Positions 19,690-29,248 of a stretch of 64,000 bases of DNA are shown here, piece after piece. A model generated the notes under the pieces. The model was not told the DNA's origin and did not search any database. It was given only the letters and a program-made list of their open reading frames with translations. The translations under genes and the position numbers were made by a program. This DNA is from an uncultured archaeon (lineage in GTDB: Archaea > Asgardarchaeota > Thorarchaeia > Thorarchaeales > Thorarchaeaceae): assembly GCA_964610875.1 (NCBI GenBank), contig CAZSWP010000002.1, positions 32,001 to 96,000 on the forward strand, in the 5' to 3' direction. How positions within the stretch are numbered: the first letter of the stretch is position 1; each line of letters begins with the position of its first letter.

Positions 19690-20445
19690 TTATTCCAAGT
19701 CACGATACCAGTATTTGTATGCAGTATTGAAGCCCAATTCTTTATACATTGCTATGGCTGCTTCATTGTTCCATGAAACTTGCAAATAGGCAAGCTGGGC
19801 ACCTTGTTCAATGCCCCACCTGAGTAACTCTGCTGTTATTGAAGAACCAAACCCAATTCTCCTATATTCGTGGTCTATATTGATATTGAAAAGACCAACC
19901 CACTTGCCACTTTGGATTGCCTGTCCTACACCAACAATTCTTTCATCTTCTAATCCTGAAACAAACATCTTGTTCAGAGTGGTGCGTGTCATCAGCCCTT
20001 CTCTGATTTTACGCTGATTAGGATTATATCCCGAGCCTCGGAAGAAAGTTTTGAACCACTCATCGTTCGGGGCATGTAATCTTCTTACAGCATTCCCTCT
20101 ATCTGAAAAATCGAAGTTTCCAATCTCCATAATCTGAACAAAGACTTGCAATCCAATCTTATACCCCCTATTTTGAAGCGTTCTATCCAGACCCCTTGGC
20201 ATTGAAGCTTCACTAACTTGAAACTGGGGAGTAATACCAAGTTCTTTGTAAAACTCCTCAGCTTTTCGAATAGCTTCTTTCAGAGAGTAAGGAAATGGCG
20301 AATGTATAGTATGTACACTATTTGCTCTTCTAGTAACCCCATTATCAGCTCGTAGACACCAACCTCCGAGTGGCATCTTAATTGATGCAACCCAGGATTC
20401 ATGTCCCATTTGCTCAAGGGTCTGTATGAGAGAGATATCTGTCAA
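19690..20445 (-). CDS. GNAT family N-acetyltransferase
   Basis: GWCLRADNGVTRRANSV, YRRIGFG, AYLQV..NEAAIAMYKELGF. Confidence 0.88.
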   Translation of the reverse strand: MTDISLIQTLEQMGHESWVASIKMPLGGWCLRADNGVTRRANSVHTIHSPFPYSLKEAIRKAEEFYKELGITPQFQVSEASMPRGLDRTLQNRGYKIGLQVFVQIMEIGNFDFSDRGNAVRRLHAPNDEWFKTFFRGSGYNPNQRKIREGLMTRTTLNKMFVSGLEDERIVGVGQAIQSGKWVGLFNINIDHEYRRIGFGSSITAELLRWGIEQGAQLAYLQVSWNNEAAIAMYKELGFNTAYKYWYRDLE

Positions 20446-20549
20446 ATCTTATGAGAAGTATAATCGGCATCTAAAAAATAAAGAGCATATGGCAATTACA
20501 TCACCTTAATCAAAGGGAAGCAAGTACCAAAGGCCAAGGTGATAAATCG

Positions 20550-21491
20550 ATGGGAGAACTCAGATGGAATGCAATGATGGGAGAATGGATTATTGTAACT
20601 CCAAAGCGTGCCGATCGACCTTTTCAAGACAGAGAGAGGCTTTGTCCATTTTGTCCAGGGCAGCCAGAAACTGAGGGAGAATGGGATGTCCTGTCTTTGG
20701 ACAACAAGTATGCAGCAGTACAGCCAGAAGAGCATCCCATGGATCTTGAGGAGCCATTGATTGTGGGAGCACCTGGTCATGGGTACTGTAAAGTGATTAT
20801 CCATTCTCGCGACCATGAGATGCAATTTGAGCGGATGCACCCCAACCAAGCAACACTTGTTTTTCAAGAGTATGCCAGAGTGTTTCAAGAATTAGATGAA
20901 AAACAGGGTATCAAATATGTGATGCAGTTCGAAAATAGAGGAAAAGCTATTGGAGTCAGTATAAATCATCCACACAGTCAAGTGTATGCATTACCATTTG
21001 TTCCACCGAGAATTGAGAGGGAGCTTCACCAATTCCAGGATTATTTTAAGAGATTTGATACCTGTCTCGTCTGTGAAACTATAGAGAATGAAAGCAAATC
21101 CAAGGAGAGAATAATCAAGGAGAGTCAAAATTTCATAACTATACTTCCATATGCCGCACGATTGCCATATGAAGTACATATCTACCCCAAGTGCCATGTG
21201 CAGTCTTTACCTCAACTAGGAGAGAAGCTGGAGGAGATGGGAGAAATGGTGATAGATATTACAAAACGCTATGCTGCAGTATTTGATGAGATGGCATACG
21301 TGATGGCATTGCATACACGCCCTTCCAAAGGAAATCATGATTATTGGCATTTCCATGTTGAGTTCTATCCACCCTGGCGAGACAGTTCAAGAAGAAAATA
21401 TCTTGCAGGAATTGAAACAGGTGCTGGTACCTTTACGAACGACTCAACACCTGAAGAAAAAGCGAAGGAGCTAAGGGAGGCTCTTGATTAG
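20550..21491 (+). CDS. galT: Galactose-1-phosphate uridylyltransferase
   Basis: ELRWN, RADRP, CPFCPG, FENRG..IGVSINHPHSQ, WHFHVEFYP. Confidence 0.93.
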   Translation: MGELRWNAMMGEWIIVTPKRADRPFQDRERLCPFCPGQPETEGEWDVLSLDNKYAAVQPEEHPMDLEEPLIVGAPGHGYCKVIIHSRDHEMQFERMHPNQATLVFQEYARVFQELDEKQGIKYVMQFENRGKAIGVSINHPHSQVYALPFVPPRIERELHQFQDYFKRFDTCLVCETIENESKSKERIIKESQNFITILPYAARLPYEVHIYPKCHVQSLPQLGEKLEEMGEMVIDITKRYAAVFDEMAYVMALHTRPSKGNHDYWHFHVEFYPPWRDSSRRKYLAGIETGAGTFTNDSTPEEKAKELREALD

Positions 21492-22654
21492 TGCAGATAC
21501 CAAAAGCATTGGATGAAACATATGAACATCTGAAGAAAACAACAAATGAGTCTATCTTTCTTTCAAGAGCACCAGGACGAGTTGAAATCCTTGGAAATCA
21601 TACGGACTACAATGGAGGATTGGTTCTTGCAACAACTATTGATAGATATGTGTGGACATTAGGTCATCCCTCATCTTATGTCACTCTTTATTCAATGAAT
21701 TACAATAAAGGGGTCAGTTTTCAGCCCAATGTCATAAGTCCCTTTACTTCAATCGATTGGACAGCGTACTTGAGGGGAGTATATTGGGCCTTCAAATCAA
21801 AGGACTATAAGGTAAAAGGAATTACAGGCGCAGTATATGGCGATGTTCCAAGAGGTGGTGGCCTAAGTTCTTCAGCCGCATATGAGGTTTCCCTAGTGAA
21901 TTTGATTGCTGAAATAAGTGAATTAGACCTTCAACCTGAAGAACTAGCTGCTATCGCGTACAAAGCAGAGAGGGAATACTGCGGTGTATCATGTGGGATA
22001 ATGGACCAGTACACTTCTCAGCTAGGAAAACCGGATTCATTATTGATGATAGATTGTGCATCCCTGCGGACGGACTCACACAAGGTCTCCGAAATGAGAA
22101 AATTTGTTATTATCGACTCTAAAATTTCAAGAGCCGCAGGACATGCATTGAATACTCGAAGATCTGAATGTGATAGAGCACTAAAGATACTCAACACGAA
22201 GGGCTGGTCAATCGCCAACCTCAGTGAGATAGAGCTTGACGATTTAGAGAAAATCGAAACGAATCTCAGTAATCCGCTTTCGAAAAGAGTTCGTCATGTG
22301 ATTCAAGAGAATAAGAGAGTCGAAGAAGGAATAATTGCACTAGGACAAAACGATTTTGATTCTTTTGGAGAGATAATGACCCAGTCACATAGAAGTTCAA
22401 GAGACCTCTACGAGGTGTCACATCCCAACTTAGATCTTCTTGTGGACCTCTCCCTTGAAATCCCTGGAGTGAAAGGTGCTAGACTCACAGGAGCAGGTTT
22501 TGGAGGAGCAATAGTTGCATTGGTGGATGTTGAATACATTGAGGAATATGCCACTCAAATTGAGCGGGAGTATTATGAGAGAACAGACTTACACCCGCAG
22601 GTCTACACATTCTCAATACCAGGTGGTGTAAAGGTAGAACAGATTTCTCAATAA
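21491..22654 (+). CDS. galK: Galactokinase
   Basis: APGRVEILGNHTDYNGG, GGGLSSSAA, CGIMDQ, GARLTGAGFGG. Confidence 0.93.
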   Translation: MQIPKALDETYEHLKKTTNESIFLSRAPGRVEILGNHTDYNGGLVLATTIDRYVWTLGHPSSYVTLYSMNYNKGVSFQPNVISPFTSIDWTAYLRGVYWAFKSKDYKVKGITGAVYGDVPRGGGLSSSAAYEVSLVNLIAEISELDLQPEELAAIAYKAEREYCGVSCGIMDQYTSQLGKPDSLLMIDCASLRTDSHKVSEMRKFVIIDSKISRAAGHALNTRRSECDRALKILNTKGWSIANLSEIELDDLEKIETNLSNPLSKRVRHVIQENKRVEEGIIALGQNDFDSFGEIMTQSHRSSRDLYEVSHPNLDLLVDLSLEIPGVKGARLTGAGFGGAIVALVDVEYIEEYATQIEREYYERTDLHPQVYTFSIPGGVKVEQISQ

Positions 22655-22721
22655 TCCAATAGAGATTTTATCAGGTAGTACACATCCGATAACTGCATTC
22701 TATGAATAGGAGAGTAATTCC

Positions 22722-25652
22722 ATGTCTGAAAAGAAACCCAAAGGAATCGTGATTAGTGAAACGCACTGGGACCGTGCATGGTACTTGACATTCCAACAAT
22801 TTAGATTGAAATTAGTAAAACTCACAGATAAGCTTCTGAATATTCTAGAGAATGACCCTGCGTTTACGCACTATACATTCGATGGACAGACAGTAGTTCT
22901 TGAGGATTATCTTGAAGTAAAACCAGAGAACGAAGAAAGAATTAGAAAATTAGTAAAAAACTCCAGGATTCACATAGGTCCCTGGTATGTGCTCCCAGAC
23001 GAGTTTCTTGTATCAGGAGAAGCTTTGATCAGAAATCTATTGATAGGACGTGGTATTGCAGAACTGTTCGGAGAATGCATGGATGTCGGATACATTCCAG
23101 ATCCATTTGGTCATGTTAGTCAAATACCACAGATACTCAATCAATTCAATTACGATTCTGTGATTTTTGCAAGAGGTATGGGAGAAGAAGCAGAGGAGTT
23201 GGGGTCTGAGTTCATCTGGAAAGCATCTGATGGCAGTAGCATTTTTGCACATTGGCTACCTCAGTCATATGGTAATATTGCATCACTTCCAGAAGATGTG
23301 GATGATGCGGTTTCCGTAATTGAAGAGATGATAGGTAAGCTTGAACCTTGGTCGAAGACAGATGTTCTCTTGTTAATGAATGGTTCAGATCATCTTGAAC
23401 CTCAGAAACACATTCCAAAGGTAGTGGAAACCTACAATGAACAGCATGAGAGATATATCAAAATAGGAACGCTTCAGGAATTCGTAGAGTATATTCGGAC
23501 AATGAAAGGAGAGCTTAAAGAATACTCTGGAGAGTTTAGAGAACCACGGTTTCAGAATCTTCTATCGGGAGTATATTCAGCAAGAATCTATCTCAAACAG
23601 GCCAATGAATATTCTCAAAGATATCTTGAACGAATGGTAGAACCTTGGTGCACTGCCGCATTGGCATTGGGTGCAGCTTATCCTGCTCATGAATTGCGTA
23701 TGGCTTGGAAATATCTGATAAAGAATCATCCACACGATGATATCTGCGGATGCAGTATTGATCAAGTCCACGATGACATGATGCAGAGATTCAGATGGGT
23801 AGATGAGATTGCTGATGCCTTGTTAGATGAAGCACTGGACTCGGTCCTCTCAGAACTTCAAAACAGTAAACCATCAATTGTAGTATCCAATGCAACACCT
23901 CACACACGTTCAGGAATAGCAGAGATTGAACTAGCTGTTTCAAACATACGTTTTACCAGACTAGGTCAAATTCGTCTCAAAGACCCAGATTATAAAGCAG
24001 ACAATCCATTAGATGCTGCAAGGAATGAAGCACATGTCGCTTACATAAGGACCCACGGATTTGATTTGCCTCCAAATGCGACTAGAGAAATCAAGATGAA
24101 TGGTGAAACGCTCACAGAGTTCGAGTTTGATTTCACAGGACTAGCAATGCTGTTTCCAGAATTAAAGGATTCACTTCGACACCTATCAACGGTGTATAGA
24201 ATCCGAGTAAACTCAAACAATAGAGTAGTAGAGGTATTTGCAAGGAAATATGATGCTTCAGATAAGATGAGAGGCGTTCCAGTCCTATTTGATTCCGAGG
24301 GAAATCAGATTCCAACACAAGTACTAGGATTTTCTGTCATGAAAGATGAGAAGTCACACTTGATCGCAGATCAAGAAGAATTCATCAGGTTGGCAATCAG
24401 TGCGCAAGATGTTCCAGCGCTGGGTATGAAACGTTACAACGTTGATCTCAGAGAACAATCAGATGACGATGTAAATCCAGAAGATGTAGTAAATTGTACT
24501 GAAGAAATCCTGGAAAATGAGTTTGTTATGCTCAGACTTCAAGAAGATAGCAGAATCTCTTTGACCGATAAACGTAATGGAGAGGTCTATAATAACCTGC
24601 TTGAGTTTGAAGATACTGCAGATGTTGGTGATGAGTATGATTATTCACCAGCACATATTCCCGTTGATATAAGATCTGCCGGACAAGAAGTTGCACTGGA
24701 AGTAATTCATGAAGGACCAATTATTGGTTCTTGGTTGCTATCAGGTGCTCTCGAATTACCTATCGCAGCAACAACGGATGATTTGACTAGAGAACAGATG
24801 ACTGAGATTTGTGATTATGTGATGGAAGTCACTCTCATGTCAGGGTCTCCTACTGTCTATGTCACCATTCTGTTTGACAATAGGGCACTTGACCATCGTC
24901 TTAGGGTTTTATGCCCAACTGGTACAAAGACAGAAACTTGTAAAGCAGATAGTACATTTGACATAATCGAGAGGCCTGTACGACCGAAACCTCACGATGA
25001 TTGGGTTCAACCAGTTGTTCCAACATATCCACTCAGAAGCTTTGTCACAGTTCAGGATGAAAAGCGAGGTTTGATGCTTACAACAGAAGGTCTGCTTGAA
25101 TTCGAGATACTCAAAGAACAAGGAAATACTATTGCACTCACATTGCTAAGAGCAGTGGGTTGGTTATCGAAGATTGGATTGAAGACTAGACGGGATGCCG
25201 CAGGACCTGTGTTGGAAACTCCAGGTGCGCAATGCTTAGGCACAAATATCGCGGAATTCGCAATTACACCTTTGGTGGGTGATAGTACACTCGAAGATAC
25301 CTTGAACCACTCAGAAAACTACCTGATCCCATTAGACGGTCACTTTCTACCGGCATCTGATACTAAAGAGGGCGTTTCAGAAATTGGACTAATTGAAATT
25401 ATACCATCACTCATACAATTATCTGCCTTCAAGCAATCAGAAGACGAAAAATGTATCATCCTGCGTTTCTGGAACTCATCACAAGAAACTCAGAAATGTA
25501 AAGTGAAACTGGGATTCTCTGTAAACAAAGTAACATCCTCAAGGATGGATGAAGAAGAGACTGATTGGTACAGTATCAAAAAAGTTGGCGGCAATGAATT
25601 CGAATTCGATATCACAGGTCGCCATGTGGCGACACTCCGATTATACAAGTGA
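22722..25652 (+). CDS. GH38 alpha-mannosidase / mannosylglycerate hydrolase-like protein
   Basis: THWDRAWY, FDGQ, IGPWYVLPDEFLVSGE, PDPFGH, NGSDH, HPHDDICGCSID, TLLRAVGWLS. Confidence 0.9.
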   Translation: MSEKKPKGIVISETHWDRAWYLTFQQFRLKLVKLTDKLLNILENDPAFTHYTFDGQTVVLEDYLEVKPENEERIRKLVKNSRIHIGPWYVLPDEFLVSGEALIRNLLIGRGIAELFGECMDVGYIPDPFGHVSQIPQILNQFNYDSVIFARGMGEEAEELGSEFIWKASDGSSIFAHWLPQSYGNIASLPEDVDDAVSVIEEMIGKLEPWSKTDVLLLMNGSDHLEPQKHIPKVVETYNEQHERYIKIGTLQEFVEYIRTMKGELKEYSGEFREPRFQNLLSGVYSARIYLKQANEYSQRYLERMVEPWCTAALALGAAYPAHELRMAWKYLIKNHPHDDICGCSIDQVHDDMMQRFRWVDEIADALLDEALDSVLSELQNSKPSIVVSNATPHTRSGIAEIELAVSNIRFTRLGQIRLKDPDYKADNPLDAARNEAHVAYIRTHGFDLPPNATREIKMNGETLTEFEFDFTGLAMLFPELKDSLRHLSTVYRIRVNSNNRVVEVFARKYDASDKMRGVPVLFDSEGNQIPTQVLGFSVMKDEKSHLIADQEEFIRLAISAQDVPALGMKRYNVDLREQSDDDVNPEDVVNCTEEILENEFVMLRLQEDSRISLTDKRNGEVYNNLLEFEDTADVGDEYDYSPAHIPVDIRSAGQEVALEVIHEGPIIGSWLLSGALELPIAATTDDLTREQMTEICDYVMEVTLMSGSPTVYVTILFDNRALDHRLRVLCPTGTKTETCKADSTFDIIERPVRPKPHDDWVQPVVPTYPLRSFVTVQDEKRGLMLTTEGLLEFEILKEQGNTIALTLLRAVGWLSKIGLKTRRDAAGPVLETPGAQCLGTNIAEFAITPLVGDSTLEDTLNHSENYLIPLDGHFLPASDTKEGVSEIGLIEIIPSLIQLSAFKQSEDEKCIILRFWNSSQETQKCKVKLGFSVNKVTSSRMDEEETDWYSIKKVGGNEFEFDITGRHVATLRLYK

Positions 25653-25664
25653 CTTGGAAGATGC

Positions 25665-26393
25665 GTGATGAATACTGATTCGATTGAACAAATAGTAATT
25701 GATCATGCACCAATTCTACATTTTCATCCAAATGAGGGACAATTCTGCTGCTATCCTAGTGATGCAGAAGAGGTCTTCGATAAATACTCAGAAAGATGGG
25801 AAGAATTCATAATTGATATGACGCCAAATGATCTGAATCCTGATACTCCAGTCTATTATGAATATTGGAATGACCTGGGCTTTCACCAGATACGATATTG
25901 GTTCTGGTATAAATATAACAGATTCCCAGGTGCGAAGTTCGGTCTCGGTGAACATCTAGGAGACTGGGAACATGTTGAAGTCAGGATATTTGAAAAACAT
26001 GAGAAGCAACCCAAGGTTGTTGTCTGGCTTGTTTCAAATCACCTAGAGTTTCGTATTGCATCCTCACCCAATGAGTTCACACTCAAGGACTATGAAACAA
26101 AGAACCCAATTCTGACAGGAACACAACTCAATACTTGGGTAGCACTGGGATCTCACGCGCATTATCTTGCACCAGATGATGAACCATACTGTGTCTTGAA
26201 GATACTGTGTGATCGATTTTCTGATGGTGGAGAGGTATGGAACACCAGAAATTCACTCATTCCTCTCTCATCGACTAACTTCTATAATTACACTGGTCGT
26301 TGGGGAGACAAGAAAGCACCAAGAAGTCCAACTAACGAGTACAACAACAGATGGCGAAATATTCCTGCTCTAGCGGTCAGACAGAGACTCTAG
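25665..26393 (+). CDS. Vps62/NPP1-like domain protein
   Basis: APILHFHPNE..YPS, IRYWFWYKYN, HLGDWEHV, VALGSHAHY, YTGRWG. Confidence 0.7.
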   Translation: MMNTDSIEQIVIDHAPILHFHPNEGQFCCYPSDAEEVFDKYSERWEEFIIDMTPNDLNPDTPVYYEYWNDLGFHQIRYWFWYKYNRFPGAKFGLGEHLGDWEHVEVRIFEKHEKQPKVVVWLVSNHLEFRIASSPNEFTLKDYETKNPILTGTQLNTWVALGSHAHYLAPDDEPYCVLKILCDRFSDGGEVWNTRNSLIPLSSTNFYNYTGRWGDKKAPRSPTNEYNNRWRNIPALAVRQRL

Positions 26394-26440
26394 TCAGATA
26401 CTTGATGTACTAGTATGTGCATCTATGTACTATATTGCAC

Positions 26441-26460
26441 AATGTTTATAAAAGACCGTC
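26441..26460 (+). promoter_or_regulatory. Archaeal TATA promoter of RNA unit A
   Basis: AATGTTTATAAAAGACCGTC; TATA lies ~27 nt upstream of the closing-stem start at 26474; ATGTAC motif upstream. Confidence 0.65.
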
Positions 26461-26473
26461 ATTGTTCACGCTC

Positions 26474-26698
26474 AACCACTTCCGAGGAAGATTATACAAG
26501 ACAACAAGTCTGTTACAGTGGATTTGCGTTTCTCTTACCTCATTCAAGCGAAGAAGGAGAGAGGGTACCTGTATAATCACCTATCCTCAGCGAATGTACA
26601 TCTTAGCATGGGATTCTGGCGCGTTTCTGAACCAGTTTTGAAAAAGCAGTGGCTTGCTTTCCAAATCCAGCTTGCCTCGGGAGTGGTTCTATTTTCTT
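26474..26698 (+). ncRNA. Putative structured RNA unit A (~215 nt)
   Basis: 14-bp 5'/3' stem AACCACUUCCGAGG/CCUCGGGAGUGGUU, inner helix UGGAUUUG/CAAAUCCA, internal hairpins and a 3' U-rich tract; homologous to unit B. Confidence 0.6.
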
Positions 26699-26724
26699 TA
26701 TCGGGATGTACATATTTGAGCAGT

Positions 26725-26744
26725 AATGTTTAAATGCGGACGTC
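26725..26744 (+). promoter_or_regulatory. Second, homologous TATA promoter (unit B / his operon)
   Basis: AATGTTTAAATGCGGACGTC has the same AATGTTTA...CGTC spacing as the first promoter, 284 nt downstream; ATGTAC motif upstream. Confidence 0.6.
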
Positions 26745-26755
26745 AAAGGAACACC

Positions 26756-26934
26756 TTGAGAGGAATAACAGTGAGGTCTTGCGTTCATCCGAGGCGATTG
26801 TCTTCATTGAAGTCCAGAAGGACATAGACACATCGGGAGAAACACAGGCAGAGATTCCTCCGAATTCTGATTTCTTGAATAGGCTTTTCTTTGTTAGAGA
26901 TGACTCCGTTCGAGAAACATATGGTTCCTCTCAG
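26756..26934 (+). ncRNA. Putative structured RNA unit B / his operon leader
   Basis: Closing stem UGAGAGGAA/UUCCUCUCA and motifs shared with unit A; ends ~15 nt before the hisG start region. Confidence 0.55.
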
Positions 26935-26949
26935 ACATTAGTTTTAGAA

Positions 26950-27948
26950 ATGGTGGTTAATTTGACTACAGTGAAATTTGTAATTCCAAAGGGTCACCTC
27001 ACAGAGGAGAGCATTACACTACTGAGAGCCGCAGGCTACACAATACGTGGTGAAGATCGTACATACAAACCTACTATCAATGACCACCATATCGAGCTTA
27101 GGATTCTCAGACCACAAGAGATTCCAATCTTTGTGGAGGAAGGTCTCCAAGATATTGGAATCACAGGTCAAGATTGGATTGAGGAAACCAAAGCTGATGT
27201 TGTTGAACTTGCGAATCTGGGTTTTGGAACAGTCCGGCTTGTAGTGGCTGTACCCAAAGAGTGGGATGAGATCAACTCGCTTGAAGATCTTTTAGAAAAT
27301 AGAATTGCAACCGGAAAGCAACTCAGAGTGTCAACGGAGTATCTCAACATTGCAAAAAATGCTTTACTTTCTAATGAGGTCTATCAAACAAGTTTCCCAG
27401 GTCTGCAGCCACAGATCATCACACCATGGTGGAAATGCGGAAACAATGAACAGGTGGGAGTATATCTTTCATTCGGAGCAACCGAGGCAAAGACTCCACT
27501 CGCTGCCGATGCAATTGTTGAAGTTGTTGATACAGGTACGTCTCTCAAAAGGAATGGTCTGAAAATTATTCATGAAATCATGTCTTCGTCAGCAGTTCTC
27601 ATTTCGAATAGTAGCGTTCTCGAAAACCCTTCTTCAAGAGAAAAGGTCTATGATATCCTTACACTGCTGCGAGGAGTGATTGAGGGGAGAAGAAAGCTCC
27701 ACATTTTTGTAAATGTGCAGAAGAGAAACCTCAATGAACTCTTAGACAGACTTCCTGCACTCAAATGTCCAACAATATCAGAACTCTCAGACAGCGAGTG
27801 GGTGGCAGTCAATACTATCATTGACAGAGATGAGTACCTCATGATGATTCCGGAGTTAAGGAGATTAGCTCAAGGACTTGTTGTCTATGAACCTAGGCAG
27901 GTCCTCCCACTAGAAAAGGATCTTATCGGAGGCGAGTATATTGAGTAA
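26950..27948 (+). CDS. hisG: ATP phosphoribosyltransferase (long form)
   Basis: IPKG, LRPQEIP, DIGITGQDW, FGATE, DTGTSLKRNGL, C-terminal regulatory domain; start ATG 26950 or TTG 26962 after GGTGG, not 26734. Confidence 0.93.
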   Translation: MVVNLTTVKFVIPKGHLTEESITLLRAAGYTIRGEDRTYKPTINDHHIELRILRPQEIPIFVEEGLQDIGITGQDWIEETKADVVELANLGFGTVRLVVAVPKEWDEINSLEDLLENRIATGKQLRVSTEYLNIAKNALLSNEVYQTSFPGLQPQIITPWWKCGNNEQVGVYLSFGATEAKTPLAADAIVEVVDTGTSLKRNGLKIIHEIMSSSAVLISNSSVLENPSSREKVYDILTLLRGVIEGRRKLHIFVNVQKRNLNELLDRLPALKCPTISELSDSEWVAVNTIIDRDEYLMMIPELRRLAQGLVVYEPRQVLPLEKDLIGGEYIE

Positions 27949-29248
27949 ATCTGCGGACCTCCATCTTGATATCCAGAGAGGGCTGTCCAAAAAACAGCTA
28001 GACGCTCGTAGAGTATCTACTAAATGGAAGAATGATGAAGAGTTTAAAATTGTTTCAAACATAGTAGAGTCTGTAAAAAGAAATGGGAATGCTTCTCTCT
28101 TTGAATTCACTGAAAAATTCGATGAGTTTCTCCTGGATGAAAAATCATTGAGAATATCGACCGATGAGATAAAGAGAAGTTACGAATATGTGAACAAAGA
28201 TGAGATCGAAGCCATCAAGGAAATAAAAAACAGACTTGAAATTGTATCACGCAAGCTTCTCGAAAGACTCTACATTGAAATCGATTTGGATGGTATCTCA
28301 ATCTCACAACGATATACAGCTCTGGAGAGTGTAGGCTGTTATGTGCCTGGTGGCAGAGCAGTATATCCAAGCTCACTGATTATGAGTGTAACACCAGGCA
28401 AATGTGCAGGTGTTGGCAGAATAGTTGTTTGTACCCCACCATCAGAACAAGGGTTTGTCAATCCTATCACACTTGTTGCAGCAGACATCTGTGAGGTAGA
28501 TGAAATCTATAGAATAGGTGGAGCTCAAGCAATTGCTACACTCGCATACGGTACCGAATCCATAGAACCGGTTGCTAAGATAGTGGGCCCGGGTAACAAA
28601 TACGTAACAGCAGCAAAACGCATTGTTTCACAAGATGTTCCAATAGACATGCCAGCAGGCCCTAGCGAGCTACTCATTCTGGCCGACGAAACCGCTGACG
28701 CAAAACTGGTCTGCTTCGACCTCATTTCACAAGCAGAACATGACCCAGACTCCAAGGTGTTTCTTATCACGGATTCACAGCAGCTAGCAGAGTCCGTTCG
28801 TCAGAATCTGATAGAAGCAGTAAAAGATGTTTCAAAACGGGAGATCATTAAAGCATCATTAGAGAAGCATGCCATTCTTTGTGTAGTAGATGCTATAGAA
28901 AGAGGTGTAGAACTTGCTAATGCAATCGCACCAGAACATTTGCAACTTGTCACCGATGATGATGAGAAATATGTAAGAGATCTTCAGACTTCAGGAATTA
29001 TACTGGTCAGTGATAACACCCCTGTTGCAGCAAGTGATTATAATCTTGGTACAAATCACATATTGCCAACTGACGGCTATGCACGAGTATATTCAGGTCT
29101 CTCAGTCTATGACTTTGTCAGACGCTTTCATACGGTAACATGCACGGATAGAGGTCTCAGGACTGTATCAGAAACAGCCAGACTTCTAGCAATCAAAGAA
29201 GGATTGCCAAACCACGCCCGTGCAATAGAAGGGAGGTTCAAGAAATGA
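27941..29248 (+). CDS. hisD: Histidinol dehydrogenase
   Basis: GCYVPGG, GGAQAIA, IVGPGNKYV, DMPAGPSE, SQAEHD, APEHL, GTNHILPT. Confidence 0.96.
   Translation: MSKSADLHLDIQRGLSKKQLDARRVSTKWKNDEEFKIVSNIVESVKRNGNASLFEFTEKFDEFLLDEKSLRISTDEIKRSYEYVNKDEIEAIKEIKNRLEIVSRKLLERLYIEIDLDGISISQRYTALESVGCYVPGGRAVYPSSLIMSVTPGKCAGVGRIVVCTPPSEQGFVNPITLVAADICEVDEIYRIGGAQAIATLAYGTESIEPVAKIVGPGNKYVTAAKRIVSQDVPIDMPAGPSELLILADETADAKLVCFDLISQAEHDPDSKVFLITDSQQLAESVRQNLIEAVKDVSKREIIKASLEKHAILCVVDAIERGVELANAIAPEHLQLVTDDDEKYVRDLQTSGIILVSDNTPVAASDYNLGTNHILPTDGYARVYSGLSVYDFVRRFHTVTCTDRGLRTVSETARLLAIKEGLPNHARAIEGRFKK

Noticed and set aside
26417-26733. Short ORFs as a His-rich attenuator leader peptide
   Set aside because: No run of His codons; one ORF starts upstream of the TATA box; no SD
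26474-26934. Identification as RNase P RNA, SRP RNA, T-box or ykkC/PRPP riboswitch
   Set aside because: Only partial resemblances: no full GAGGAAAGUCC, SRP helix-8 motif or UGGNACC T-box, and the ykkC-like words in unit B lack P3 pairing and are not shared by unit A; needs an Infernal search
26734-26949. 72-aa N-terminal extension of HisG in the ORF track
   Set aside because: It overlaps the second promoter and RNA unit B; HisG similarity and the SD begin only at ~26950-26962
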